A stretch of DNA of 64,000 nucleotides from NCBI GenBank assembly GCA_051866635.1, contig JBJDXJ010000026.1:57799-121798 (forward strand). Direction: 5' to 3'. The stretch's first letter is position 1; every line of letters begins with the position of its first letter. This DNA comes from Clostridia bacterium. Lineage in GTDB: Bacteria; Bacillota; Clostridia; UMGS1883. The notes below the pieces were generated by a model. The model saw nothing but the letters and a program-made list of their open reading frames with translations, was not told the DNA's origin and made no database searches. Below are positions 1-10,181 of the stretch, in pieces. Position numbers and translations under genes: made by a program.

Positions 1-7
1 GTCACTT

Positions 8-853
8 ATGGTCCGTTCCGAACCTAATGCTAATGCTGATATTATTGCAAAGTTTACAAACGGCACTACAATTGAGCTTTTAGCACTTGAAGGAGAATGG
101 TACAAAATCCGTATTTCCGATACACAGTACGGATATGTGTGTGCCGCATATGTTGCGACATCTACTCCTCCTGTTGCAAGTGCAACCGATAGTAGCTATG
201 CAACTGAAACTCAGGAAGTAACTTCAGATGCAGTTGACCCCACACAGCCTTACACAATATACGGATATGTTGATGCATCCGCTTTAAATATCCGTAAATC
301 CACCGGAATTTCCACAGACATAATTGCAAAGGTTCCCTGCGGTACACAGCTGGAGCTTTTGGCATATGACGGAAGCTGGTACCGTGTGAAGCTCAGCGAC
401 GGTTCCATAGGTTATGCAAGTGCCGACTACATATCATTAGAACCTGTAAGTTCAGCTACGGCACACAGCAAATCCGCAGTTTTAGGTCAAGAGATTGTAC
501 AAACTGCTTATCAGTATCTTGGGACACCTTATGTTTATGCAACTTCAGGTCCTTCAAGCTTTGATTGCAGTGGCTTTACAATGTACGTTATGGCAATGCA
601 CGGCATAGATCTTCCCCACCATTCGGCAAGCCAGTATAATTACGGAATCAGTGTTGAGAAGGAAAACCTTATAGCAGGAGATTTGGTATTTTTCAATTCC
701 AACAGCCGTTCGGGAGTTGCCCATGTGGGCATTTATATAAGTGACGGCAAGTTTATTCATGCCTCCAGCGGCAGTGCGGCTTCCGTTACTATTTCTTCCC
801 TTTCTGACAATTACTACACCACCCATTATCTTGGTGCAAGACGTGTTATCTGA
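8..853 (+). CDS. SH3-domain NlpC/P60 cell-wall peptidase (probably 5'-truncated by the window edge)
   Basis: Two SH3b-like repeats (VRSEP...WYKI...GYV; LNIRK...WYRV...GYA) and a C-terminal NlpC/P60 domain (FDCSGF, GDLVFF, HVGIY, FIHAS); the frame is open back to the window edge. Confidence 0.92.
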   Translation: MVRSEPNANADIIAKFTNGTTIELLALEGEWYKIRISDTQYGYVCAAYVATSTPPVASATDSSYATETQEVTSDAVDPTQPYTIYGYVDASALNIRKSTGISTDIIAKVPCGTQLELLAYDGSWYRVKLSDGSIGYASADYISLEPVSSATAHSKSAVLGQEIVQTAYQYLGTPYVYATSGPSSFDCSGFTMYVMAMHGIDLPHHSASQYNYGISVEKENLIAGDLVFFNSNSRSGVAHVGIYISDGKFIHASSGSAASVTISSLSDNYYTTHYLGARRVI

Positions 854-966
854 TTTTTTTGCAAAAAACACTTGACTTTTCAGCTATATAATGTAAAATA
901 TTCTATAGTAGAAAATGGTCTTTTTCTGTCTTATGAAGGAGGCTATTTCGCTAAGGAGAGATTTGT

Positions 967-1509
967 TTGAGAGTTATATCAGGCAGTGCCCGTGGCTTAA
1001 AGCTGTTAAGTTTGGAAGGTGACGATACACGTCCTACATTGGACCGTGTTAAAGAAGCTCTGTTTTCCATGCTTGCATCTTATATATATTCTGCAAAGGT
1101 TTTGGATCTCTTTGCAGGTAGCGGTGCTTTAGGTGTGGAATCATTAAGCCGTGGTGCTGATTGGGCAGTTTTCGTTGATTCAAACCCCAACGCTATGAAT
1201 ATAGTAAAAGAAAATGTAAAGAAAGCCTCTTTTTCAGACAAAAGCTCGTTTTACACATTGGATGCTGAAAGCTATTTAAAAAACACAAAGGATACTTTTG
1301 ATTTAATTTTCTTAGACCCTCCCTACTTTGGGGATTTTTATGAGAAAATCTTAAATCTTATTTCAAAGTACAATGTTTTGAACAAAAACGGTATATTGTC
1401 AGTTGAATGGGACAATACTTTAGGCTCTTTGCCCGTTCCCGATTGCTTCGAGGTTTACCGTGAACGAAAATACGGACGGGTTATGCTGACACTTTTAAAA
1501 CTAAAATGA
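967..1509 (+). CDS. rsmD: 16S rRNA (guanine966-N2)-methyltransferase RsmD
   Basis: MRVISG...RPTLDRVKEALF, LDLFAGSGALG, FLDPPY; TTG start after an AAGGAG RBS. Confidence 0.95.
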   Translation: MRVISGSARGLKLLSLEGDDTRPTLDRVKEALFSMLASYIYSAKVLDLFAGSGALGVESLSRGADWAVFVDSNPNAMNIVKENVKKASFSDKSSFYTLDAESYLKNTKDTFDLIFLDPPYFGDFYEKILNLISKYNVLNKNGILSVEWDNTLGSLPVPDCFEVYRERKYGRVMLTLLKLK

Positions 1510-1607
1510 AATCACCAATAAATTGAACAATGTTTTCCTTTGAAAACCTGTATCAAATTATTTATAAATGCTTTTTAAATTTTCAAACATATTTAGGAGG
1601 AATTATC

Positions 1608-2090
1608 ATGGAATTACTTGAAATACTTGACGTCTTGGAAGACAAGGTGGAATCAGCTAAAAATATTCCCATTGTAAATCGTGCGATCATCGATAAAGAA
1701 GATCTTCTTGCTACTATTGAAGATATGCGTCTGCGTCTCCCTGAAGACCTTAAGCAGGCAAGATGGATAAAGGACGACAGAAAGAGAATCCTTGCAGAAG
1801 CTCAGGAAGAAGCTAATGCTATTATTAAACAGGGCGAAGAACAGGCTGCTCAGTTGGTTGAAGAAAATGTTATCACTAAACGTGCATATGAACAGGCTAA
1901 CAGCATTATCGCTTCCGCACAGAAGAATTCCCGTGAACTTCGTCTTGGTGCAAGACAGTATATTGACAAAATCTTAGCTGACAGCGAAGCTACTCTTAAC
2001 AAGAGCCAGGAAACAATCCGTGCTATGCGTGTAGAGCTCCGTCAGGACCCCTCTTCCTCAAAGGCAATTGAAAGCGGCGAACAGGAATAA
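1608..2090 (+). CDS. Conserved coiled-coil protein (ATPase-subunit/DivIVA-like family usually found after rsmD-coaD)
   Basis: ATG at 1608 follows AGGAGG; LPEDLKQARWI...ILAEAQEEA coiled-coil signature. Confidence 0.75.
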   Translation: MELLEILDVLEDKVESAKNIPIVNRAIIDKEDLLATIEDMRLRLPEDLKQARWIKDDRKRILAEAQEEANAIIKQGEEQAAQLVEENVITKRAYEQANSIIASAQKNSRELRLGARQYIDKILADSEATLNKSQETIRAMRVELRQDPSSSKAIESGEQE

Positions 2091-2148
2091 AATAAAGGGC
2101 TGAGGCTTATGCCTCCGCCCTTTATCACGTAGAAAGGTAGGAAATAAA

Positions 2149-2877
2149 ATGTCAGGACATTCCAAATGGGCTAATATTAAAAATAAGAAAGGTAAGGCTG
2201 ACGCACAGCGTGCCAACCTTTTCACAAAAATCGGTCGTGAACTTGCAGTTGCAGTTCGTGCAGGCGGTCCCGACCCCGACTCTAACAGCAAACTTAAGGA
2301 TGCTATCGTAAAAGCAAGGGCAAACAACATGCCTAACGACAACATTTCCCGTTGTATTGCAAAGGCAAGCGGTGAAGCCGGTGGTGCTGATTACGAAGAA
2401 ATCACATACGAAGGTTACGGTCCCCGTGGTGTTGCAGTTATTGTTGAAACACTTACAAATAACCGTAACCGTACAGCGGCAGATTTACGTCACTATTTCG
2501 ACAAATACGGCGGAAACCTTGGTCAGAACGGTTGCGTAAGCTTTATGTTTGACAAGAAGGGCGTTATTGTTATTGAAGATGATGGCGATATTGACGAAGA
2601 CGAGCTTATGATGTCAGCTCTCGATGCAGGTGCAGATGATTTCACTTCCGAAGACGGATTCTTTGAAATTTTAACTGACCCCGATTCTTTCAGTGCAGTT
2701 TATGAAGCTCTTTCCGAAGGTAAAGACTTCAACTTCGTAACAGCTGAAGTAAGAATGGTTCCTCAGACAATGGTTGAACTTACAGATGAGGAAGATTTGA
2801 AAAAGATGAACAAGCTTATTGAAATGCTTGACGACAACGATGATGTACAGAACGTATATCATAACTGGGACGAATAA
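2149..2877 (+). CDS. yebC: YebC/PmpR family protein
   Basis: MSGHSKWANIK, YEGYGPRG, DDNDDVQNVYHN. Confidence 0.97.
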   Translation: MSGHSKWANIKNKKGKADAQRANLFTKIGRELAVAVRAGGPDPDSNSKLKDAIVKARANNMPNDNISRCIAKASGEAGGADYEEITYEGYGPRGVAVIVETLTNNRNRTAADLRHYFDKYGGNLGQNGCVSFMFDKKGVIVIEDDGDIDEDELMMSALDAGADDFTSEDGFFEILTDPDSFSAVYEALSEGKDFNFVTAEVRMVPQTMVELTDEEDLKKMNKLIEMLDDNDDVQNVYHNWDE

Positions 2878-2889
2878 AGACTGCAATAA

Positions 2890-2980
2890 AAAGACCCCAA
2901 AGTTTGAATTTATTCAGGCTTTGGGGTTATTTTTATATAAAGTAAAGACTGTGACATAATCTATCACAGTCTTTACTTTA
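2890..2980. terminator. Two hairpins between convergent yebC and asnS
   Basis: ACCCCAAAG...CTTTGGGGT and AAGTAAAGACTGTGA...TCACAGTCTTTACTT inverted repeats. Confidence 0.75.
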
Positions 2981-2992
2981 TTTAGTTATTTA

Positions 2993-4381
2993 TTAGAATT
3001 CAGCATTACCAACTGTTCTGGGGTAAGGAATTACGTCACGGATGTTGTTGATACCTGTTAAGTACATTACAGCTCTTTCAAAGCCTAAGCCGTAGCCTGC
3101 ATGCTTTGTGCCGCCGTACTTACGAAGGTCAAGATACCACCAATAGTCTTCTTCCTTTAATCCCATTTCCTTCATTCTGGAAGTGAGAACATCATATCTT
3201 TCTTCTCTCTGGCTGCCGCCGATGATTTCGCCTATACCGGGAACTAAGCAGTCCATTGCCGCAACAGTCTTGCCGTCATCGTTAAGTCGCATATAGAAAG
3301 CCTTGATTTCCTTGGGGTAATCTGTTACGAATACAGGACGTTTGAACACTTCTTCTGTAAGATATCTTTCATGTTCTGTCTGTAAGTCACTGCCCCATTC
3401 AACCTTATATTCAAACTTGTCGTTATTCTTCTTTAAAATTTCAATTGCTTCTGTATATGTTACTTTGCCGAAATCGGAGGAAGCAACGCTGATAAGTCTT
3501 TCCTTAAGTCCTGTGTCAATAAACTTGTTAAAGAAATCAATCTCTTCTTCTGCATTTTCCAAAACATAATTAATCATGTACTTGAGCATATCTTCTGCAA
3601 GTGCCATGTCATCATTTAAATCTGCAAATGCAATTTCAGGTTCAATCATCCAAAATTCAGCCGCATGTCTTGTTGTATTGGAGTTTTCAGCACGGAAAGT
3701 GGGACCGAATGTGTAAACATTTCTGAAAGCCATTGCAAATGTTTCCGCACTAAGCTGACCTGATACCGTAAGGTTTGCACTCTTACCGAAGAAATCCTGG
3801 CTGTAATCTACCTGACCGTCTGCCATAGGAATGTTTTCCATATCCATTGTAGTAACACGGAACATCTCCCCTGCACCTTCACAGTCACTTGCTGTAATTA
3901 TTGGTGTATGAGCATACACAAATCCACGTTCGTTGAAGAACTTGTGTATAGCATAAGCCGCCAGACTTCTTACTCTGAAAACAGCGGAGAACATATTTGT
4001 TCTTGGTCTTAAGTGTGCAATAGTTCTTAAATATTCTGTAGTGTGACGCTTTTTCTTAAGAGGATATTCAGGTGTGGAGGCACCTTCAACTTCAATAGAC
4101 TTTGCCTTGATTTCAAAGGGCTGTTTTGCCTCAGGTGTAAGAACAAGGACACCTGTTACATTCAAAGCCGCACCAACGTTCTGGGAAGCAATTTCCTTGT
4201 AGTTTCCAAGAAATTCGCTTTCAAAAACAACCTGTATGCTCTTAAAATAAGTACCGTCATTAAGTTCAATAAAACCAAACACGTTAGAGGAACGGATTGT
4301 TCTCACCCAACCTGACACCTTGATTTCCTTATCTGCATATTCTGTAGGGTTTTTAAATATATCTTTTACCAATGTTTTCAT
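2993..4381 (-). CDS. asnS: Asparagine--tRNA ligase
   Basis: [42 protein letters not shown] class IIb motifs. Confidence 0.97.
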   Translation of the reverse strand: MKTLVKDIFKNPTEYADKEIKVSGWVRTIRSSNVFGFIELNDGTYFKSIQVVFESEFLGNYKEIASQNVGAALNVTGVLVLTPEAKQPFEIKAKSIEVEGASTPEYPLKKKRHTTEYLRTIAHLRPRTNMFSAVFRVRSLAAYAIHKFFNERGFVYAHTPIITASDCEGAGEMFRVTTMDMENIPMADGQVDYSQDFFGKSANLTVSGQLSAETFAMAFRNVYTFGPTFRAENSNTTRHAAEFWMIEPEIAFADLNDDMALAEDMLKYMINYVLENAEEEIDFFNKFIDTGLKERLISVASSDFGKVTYTEAIEILKKNNDKFEYKVEWGSDLQTEHERYLTEEVFKRPVFVTDYPKEIKAFYMRLNDDGKTVAAMDCLVPGIGEIIGGSQREERYDVLTSRMKEMGLKEEDYWWYLDLRKYGGTKHAGYGLGFERAVMYLTGINNIRDVIPYPRTVGNAEF

Positions 4382-4399
4382 CTTTATTTTTTCCTTTCA

Positions 4400-5407
4400 T
4401 TACAAGAGGGTAATTCCCGCTTCCTTGCAAACTTTCAAAGTTTCTTCGTCCCATATGCTGGACTGAACTTCACCAATATGTGCACAGCCAATCAAAAGCA
4501 TACAAAGCCTACTCTGTCCGATACCGCCACCGATTGTCAAGGGCAGTTCATCATTTAAAAGCATCTTGTGGAACATAAGCTCTCTCCTGTCGTCACAATT
4601 TGCAATAGTAAGCTGTCTGTCAAGTGATTCTTTATCAACACGGATGCCCATTGAAGATACTTCAAAGGCACAATCAAGCGTATCGTTTCGGAAGAAAATA
4701 TCACCGTTTAATTCCCAATCATCATAGTCGGGTGCTCTGCCGTCATGCTTTTTGCCGCTTTTTAAAGCACCGCCGATGCCCATAATAAACACTGTTCTGT
4801 ACTTTTTGGTGATGGCATTTTCCCTTTCCTTAGATGTTAAATCAGGGTACATATCCTCAAGTTCCTGAGCTGTAATAAACTTTACATCGGGAGAAAGATT
4901 TGTGTTAAGCTGAGGAAAATGAACCTTCAAGCGGTCGTTTGTATTACAAATTGCTCTGACAATCCCCTTTACAACAAGCTTTAAATATTCTATATTTCTT
5001 GTTTCGGGAGTAATAATCTTTTCCCAGTCCCACTGGTCAACATAAATGGAATGAAGATTATCAAGCTCTTCATCACGGCGGATAGCATTCATATCTGTAT
5101 ATAAACCGTTGCCGGGTTTGAAATTATACTGTTTAAGTGCCAATCTTTTCCATTTTGCAAGGGAATGTACAATCTGTGCATCCTTACCCACCGCAGGAAC
5201 ATCAAAAGACACAGGTCTTTCAACACCGTTAAGGTTATCGTTAAGCCCGCTGTCCGCTGTTACAAAAAGAGGTGCGGAAACACGCTTTAAATTTAATTCA
5301 TTACAAAATTCCTTTTGAAATGTATTTTTAATGTAAGATATCGCTCTTTGAGTTTCGTAGCTATCAAGCTTCGCCTTATAGCCTTCGGGAATGTATACTT
5401 TATTCAT
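4400..5407 (-). CDS. asnA: Aspartate--ammonia ligase AsnA
   Basis: VHSLAKWKR, HSIYVDQWDWEK, TIGGGIGQSRL; likely start ATG 5407 after GGGGAG. Confidence 0.96.
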   Translation of the reverse strand: MNKVYIPEGYKAKLDSYETQRAISYIKNTFQKEFCNELNLKRVSAPLFVTADSGLNDNLNGVERPVSFDVPAVGKDAQIVHSLAKWKRLALKQYNFKPGNGLYTDMNAIRRDEELDNLHSIYVDQWDWEKIITPETRNIEYLKLVVKGIVRAICNTNDRLKVHFPQLNTNLSPDVKFITAQELEDMYPDLTSKERENAITKKYRTVFIMGIGGALKSGKKHDGRAPDYDDWELNGDIFFRNDTLDCAFEVSSMGIRVDKESLDRQLTIANCDDRRELMFHKMLLNDELPLTIGGGIGQSRLCMLLIGCAHIGEVQSSIWDEETLKVCKEAGITLL

Positions 5408-5441
5408 GCAATGCTCCCCCATAATTATATTTTATTTTAAT

Positions 5442-5470
5442 ATTATATAACAATTATATGGTAAAGTCAA
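5442..5470 (-). promoter_or_regulatory. SigA-type promoter of asnA-asnS
   Basis: TTGACT-N17-TATAAT on the minus strand. Confidence 0.75.
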
Positions 5471-5571
5471 CCAAAACAAAAACTAAACAATGAAAAATGA
5501 ACAAACGGTCGGAAACACAATTGCCGTACTATGTACCGCTTTTGTTCCTCCGACCGTTTTTAATTTAGAGT

Positions 5572-6903
5572 TTAAGGGTTAAGTCTGTTAGGTCCGCGGA
5601 AGATAAACATGGCATCCTTAATATGAAGACCAAGCATAAGCATTGTCAAGCGGTCAACACCGATACCAAATCCGCCGTGAGGAGGACAACCATACTTAAA
5701 AAATTCAAGATAGAACTTAACGTCTTCATCCAAGCCCTTTTCCTTAGCCTGAGCTGAAAGAACATCATAACGGTGTTCACGCTGAGCACCTGTTGTAATT
5801 TCAACGCCTCTCCAGATAAGGTCATAACCCTGAGGAATACCATTTTCGTCACGCATATGATAAAAAGCTCTCTTTTCGGGGCCAAAGTCAGTAACAAATA
5901 AAAATTCATGACCGTACTTTTTCTGTACCCATTCAAAGCTCAGTCTTTCTGCATCTGTTGTTAAATCGTTCTTTTCCTCTTCTGGGACAGTGTAGCCGAA
6001 TTCCTTTTCCAATTCGTCATACAAATCACAAAGTTTAATTACAGGGAAAGGTGTTGTTGGAACAACAACTTCAACATTAAAAAGCTCTTTAATCTTATCG
6101 CCGTAAGCATCTTTAACTTCTTTAAGCATATAAGTAAGAAGCTCTTCTTCCATCTTCATAACGTCACGGAAAGAGTCGATAAAGCTAAATTCCAAGTCAA
6201 ATCCTGTAAATTCAGTTGTGTGCTTACTTGTAAAGCTCTTTTCTGCACGGAACACGGGACCTACTTCAAAAATACGTTCAAAGCCTGCTGCCATAGCCAT
6301 CTGCTTGTAGAACTGGGGACTCTGTGCAAGGTATGCAAAACGGTCAAAGTACTTAACTTCGAAAACGTCACTGCCTGACTCACTTGCTGTACCGATAAGC
6401 TTGGGAGAATGAATTTCAATAAAGTTCTTTTCAAGAAGGAACTTTCGCATTGCATTTACCATTACAGTCTGAACCTTGAACATAAGCTGATTTTCTTCTG
6501 TACGCAAATCTATCCATCTGTAGTCAATTCTCTGGTCAATAGAGCTTCGTTCAACAGCCGCCTTTTTCTTTGTGGCAGGTATTTCCTTACGGTTGATGGG
6601 AAGTGCATCAGCAAGGGATTCAACAACAATATCCTCAGGGATAACTTCAACACCGTTTAATTTAACATATTCACTTGCTACCGCATTGCCGACAACTGTA
6701 ATAACGCTGTCAGCTGTCAAGGTTTCCACCTTGGATAAAAGTGCTTCGTTACCTTCTTTTTCAATTGTTACCTGAATAGTTCCTGTTATATCCTTAAGAA
6801 TAATAAAAACAACATATTTTGTATCTCTGATAATGTCAACAAACCCCTGGATTTTAACCTTACCGGGATTTAATATAGCATCTTTTATATATGTGCGTTC
6901 CAC
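5572..6903 (-). CDS. aspS: Aspartate--tRNA ligase, short archaeal/eukaryote-like type (possibly Asp/Asn non-discriminating)
   Basis: AYLAQSPQFYKQ, GPVFRAEKS, EITTGAQREHRY, PPHGGFGIGVDR; 443 aa, too short to hold the bacterial GAD insert. Confidence 0.9.
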   Translation of the reverse strand: MERTYIKDAILNPGKVKIQGFVDIIRDTKYVVFIILKDITGTIQVTIEKEGNEALLSKVETLTADSVITVVGNAVASEYVKLNGVEVIPEDIVVESLADALPINRKEIPATKKKAAVERSSIDQRIDYRWIDLRTEENQLMFKVQTVMVNAMRKFLLEKNFIEIHSPKLIGTASESGSDVFEVKYFDRFAYLAQSPQFYKQMAMAAGFERIFEVGPVFRAEKSFTSKHTTEFTGFDLEFSFIDSFRDVMKMEEELLTYMLKEVKDAYGDKIKELFNVEVVVPTTPFPVIKLCDLYDELEKEFGYTVPEEEKNDLTTDAERLSFEWVQKKYGHEFLFVTDFGPEKRAFYHMRDENGIPQGYDLIWRGVEITTGAQREHRYDVLSAQAKEKGLDEDVKFYLEFFKYGCPPHGGFGIGVDRLTMLMLGLHIKDAMFIFRGPNRLNP

Positions 6904-6986
6904 TTTAACTCCTCCTTGGCATTTAATCTTAAATATTATACCATTACAATACCATTATTTCAACATAAAAATTAAAATATTTTCCT

Positions 6987-7553
6987 TTATTTTACCCTGT
7001 AAATATAATCCTTATCGTCACGCCTTAATATTGCCGCATAGGCATACTCATAGGCAGAGAGGAGCGTTGCTATAAACTCGGGCGTTAATTCTTTTTCCTT
7101 ATTTATCAAAATATTGTACTCCACTCCGAAAACATTATACATACATCCTGTATCAATACAACCCGAACGCTTATAAAATGCAATGCGGCGTTTTCTTATA
7201 AAGTCCTCCTCGTCATTCTTTGCACTTTCAATGCTCTCGGTTTCCAGAAGTATACAGTCAAAGTTAGTTAATTTGTCAAGTTCTTTAAAGAACTCTGTTC
7301 CCACACCTGTACCGCGACATTCTTTCACAATTGCAAAATAGTCAAGAAAACCAATTGAGTTACCGCAATCGGCAATGCAGGCATAGCCTTTTATTTCATT
7401 TTCATCATAGGCAATAAAAACATTATACCAGCCTCGTTTTACAGAATGGATAATTGCACCTAGTGGTTTTAATTCCAAAGGGGGAAAATCCTTTTTCATA
7501 AAAGTTTCATATATGTGTTCAATTTCTTTAGGTGTTGCTATTTTATAATTCAT
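6987..7553 (-). CDS. GNAT family N-acetyltransferase
   Basis: YFAIVKECRGTGVGT acetyl-CoA motif; RRIAFYKRSG. Confidence 0.85.
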   Translation of the reverse strand: MNYKIATPKEIEHIYETFMKKDFPPLELKPLGAIIHSVKRGWYNVFIAYDENEIKGYACIADCGNSIGFLDYFAIVKECRGTGVGTEFFKELDKLTNFDCILLETESIESAKNDEEDFIRKRRIAFYKRSGCIDTGCMYNVFGVEYNILINKEKELTPEFIATLLSAYEYAYAAILRRDDKDYIYRVK

Positions 7554-7583
7554 GCTTTCACTTCCTTTAATTTTTTTGACTAT

Positions 7584-10181
7584 TCAAACTTCCACCACGA
7601 TAGTGCTTGAACCGTCAGATATTCTTTTGACAACAATTTTTTTGTCAATCTTTTCCTTTAATTCACTTACATGGGATATTATTCCCACCGACCGGTTATT
7701 GTCAGAAAGGTTTGTCAAAATCTCCACAGCCTTTGACAAGTGGTTTTCGTCCAATGTTCCGAAGCCCTCGTCGATAAAAAGTGTGTCAAGGCGTATTCCG
7801 CCGCTTCTTTCCTGTATCATATCGCTAAGACCTAAAGCAAGTGACAAAGATGCCATGAACCCTTCTCCCCCTGACAGGGTTGACACATCACGTACTTTTC
7901 CTGTATTATTGTCAAACACCAATAAATCAAGTCCACCCTGACTTTTTGTACCGCCGTCGCTTTTATTTTCGAGAGCGTACCGTCCAAGGGTCATCTTAGA
8001 AAGTCTTGCATTTGCCTTTTGTACAATCTTATTAAAATAATACTGCTGAATATACGCCTCAAAGGTTATTTTATTGCCTGAAATTTTTCCGTTTGCAGTA
8101 TCGGACAATTCCTTTAACATAATGTATGTTTTTTCTGCTTCATCACTTTTCTTAAAGAGATATTTAAGGTTGTCATACACATTTCTGTTATTTGCAAGTC
8201 TTAGATTAATTTTGTCACGAAGGGCAGTCTGTTCAGCCTTTAATTGTGTTACTTTGTTTTCTTCCTCAATCAAAAGAGATGTGTCCTCCGCTTCTTTGCC
8301 TTGGGCGTTTTGTTCATTTTCCGAAAGTGCCGCTTCCTTTTCATTAAGAAGTTTTTCAAAGGCATCTATTTCTGTCTTTAACCTGTTAAGCTCTTTTTCT
8401 TCAAGGATTTTTTCTTTAAATTCCGCATCATTTTTAAAGCCTTCCAAAAGGAGTGCTTTTTTAAATTCCGAAAGCGTATTTTCTGTCAAAGCCTTTTCTT
8501 CCGCTTCTGAATTAATAAGTGTTTCCCTTTGTCCCAAAAGGTTTGCAACAGTTGTTCTTGAGGTATCTGCCTTTTCTTTTGCCTTTAGGGTTTTTTCTTC
8601 ATTTTCCCGTGCGGTTTTACTTTTTATTTTAAGAATTTCATTGCAGATATCGTATGCTTTTTTGCAATCTGAAAAATCAATTTTACTGTCTGTGAGTTTC
8701 TTTTCAATTACTTCACATTCGCCCTTTAATTTGTTTAAAGTCTCGGCTTTTTTATGTAGTGTATTCATAGCTTTTTCAGTAGCCTTTTCCGCTTTTTCAA
8801 GTGTTTCACGACTTACATCTTCACCTGAAATTTCAGCAGGAGAAGGGTGATTTAGAGAACCGCAAACAGGACAAGGCGTATTATCTTTAAGCCCTTTTGC
8901 AATAATTCCCGATAAGTTGTCAAAATACTGTATTTTAATACTATTATATTCCAAGCTAAGATTATTATATTCTTCCCTTGCAACCATATATGCTTTTTCA
9001 TTTAAGGCTTTTTCCCGTGCCTTTTTTGCATATAACTCAATATCCTTCATAGTATTTGACAATTGGGTTATTTCTTTTTTAAGGTTTTCTGTTTCCTGTG
9101 CTTTTCCCATCATGAGGGAATATTCAATATTGCATTTTTCAAGCTTTTCTTTTTCTAAGGAGAGTTTTTCTTCATTTAATTCTATGGCAGAAACTGTCAT
9201 ATTGTGCTTTTTTTCCGCACTTATGTATCTGTCATAAAAAACTTTTACCCTTAGTGCCTTTTCTCCCATTTTTAGTTTTTCCTTATTTTTTATAATTTCA
9301 TCTTTCTTCAGATTAAGACTCTTTACCTCACTTCTCAGTTTTTCAACACGTTTTAAAAGCATTTGTACTTCATTTGCATTTTGTATTCTAAGGTGCAAAT
9401 CTTTAAGAATTGTTTCGCTTTCTTCAATTTTCTTTTCTGTTTCAGAAAGGTTCTTTATATCCTCCGTATTAAGTTTTTCAAGAAGATTAATCACCTTTTC
9501 CCCATCATAAATATTTGCTTCAATATCTTCATCGCTTTTAATATTTCCCATAAGATCGTTTATCTTTTCATGTATATAACGCCTTTCGTTTTCTGCATCG
9601 GTGAATTTTTCCCACAATCTTTTTCCAAACTCTTCATAAAGGGATGTGTCAAATATTTTCCTGAAAAGCTCGGAACGGTCCTTGCTTTTTTCGGATAGTA
9701 TTTTTCTGAAATCACCTTGTGCAATCATGGCAATCTGTGAAAAACGGGACTGGTCAACACCTAATATTTCAACGATTTTTTCCGTTACAGTGTCAACCCC
9801 TGTGTAAACATATCCATCCGGCATAACAAGAGAAGCATCGGCAGTTTCTTTAGTCTGACCGCTTCCGTGCTTTTTATCTCTTACATATTCAGGGGTTCTT
9901 TCAACCTTATAAATTTCATTTTGGTACATAAATTCATAATTGACAAAAGTCTTTGTATCACCGGTGGCAAAATCACTTCGCAAAGTCTTTGTGCTTTTCC
10001 TATCCTTGCCGCCGCTGACCGTTCCGAAAAGGGCAAAACTTATTGCATCAAAAATAGTTGTCTTACCTGATCCCGTATCCCCTGTTATTAAAAAGAGTCC
10101 ACCGTTCAATTTTGAAAAATCAATCTCGGTGCATTTTGCAAACGGGCCAAATGCCTGCATCTTTAAATATAAAGGTTTCAT
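7584..10181 (-). CDS. sbcC: SbcC SMC-like exonuclease subunit
   Basis: Walker A GDTGSGKTT, coiled coil with CPVCG zinc hook, LSGGE signature, FIDEGFGTLD. Confidence 0.95.
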   Translation of the reverse strand: MKPLYLKMQAFGPFAKCTEIDFSKLNGGLFLITGDTGSGKTTIFDAISFALFGTVSGGKDRKSTKTLRSDFATGDTKTFVNYEFMYQNEIYKVERTPEYVRDKKHGSGQTKETADASLVMPDGYVYTGVDTVTEKIVEILGVDQSRFSQIAMIAQGDFRKILSEKSKDRSELFRKIFDTSLYEEFGKRLWEKFTDAENERRYIHEKINDLMGNIKSDEDIEANIYDGEKVINLLEKLNTEDIKNLSETEKKIEESETILKDLHLRIQNANEVQMLLKRVEKLRSEVKSLNLKKDEIIKNKEKLKMGEKALRVKVFYDRYISAEKKHNMTVSAIELNEEKLSLEKEKLEKCNIEYSLMMGKAQETENLKKEITQLSNTMKDIELYAKKAREKALNEKAYMVAREEYNNLSLEYNSIKIQYFDNLSGIIAKGLKDNTPCPVCGSLNHPSPAEISGEDVSRETLEKAEKATEKAMNTLHKKAETLNKLKGECEVIEKKLTDSKIDFSDCKKAYDICNEILKIKSKTARENEEKTLKAKEKADTSRTTVANLLGQRETLINSEAEEKALTENTLSEFKKALLLEGFKNDAEFKEKILEEKELNRLKTEIDAFEKLLNEKEAALSENEQNAQGKEAEDTSLLIEEENKVTQLKAEQTALRDKINLRLANNRNVYDNLKYLFKKSDEAEKTYIMLKELSDTANGKISGNKITFEAYIQQYYFNKIVQKANARLSKMTLGRYALENKSDGGTKSQGGLDLLVFDNNTGKVRDVSTLSGGEGFMASLSLALGLSDMIQERSGGIRLDTLFIDEGFGTLDENHLSKAVEILTNLSDNNRSVGIISHVSELKEKIDKKIVVKRISDGSSTIVVEV

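Noticed and set aside
8074-8850. 258-aa plus-strand ORF
   Set aside because: Ser/Phe-rich antisense shadow of the SbcC coiled coil
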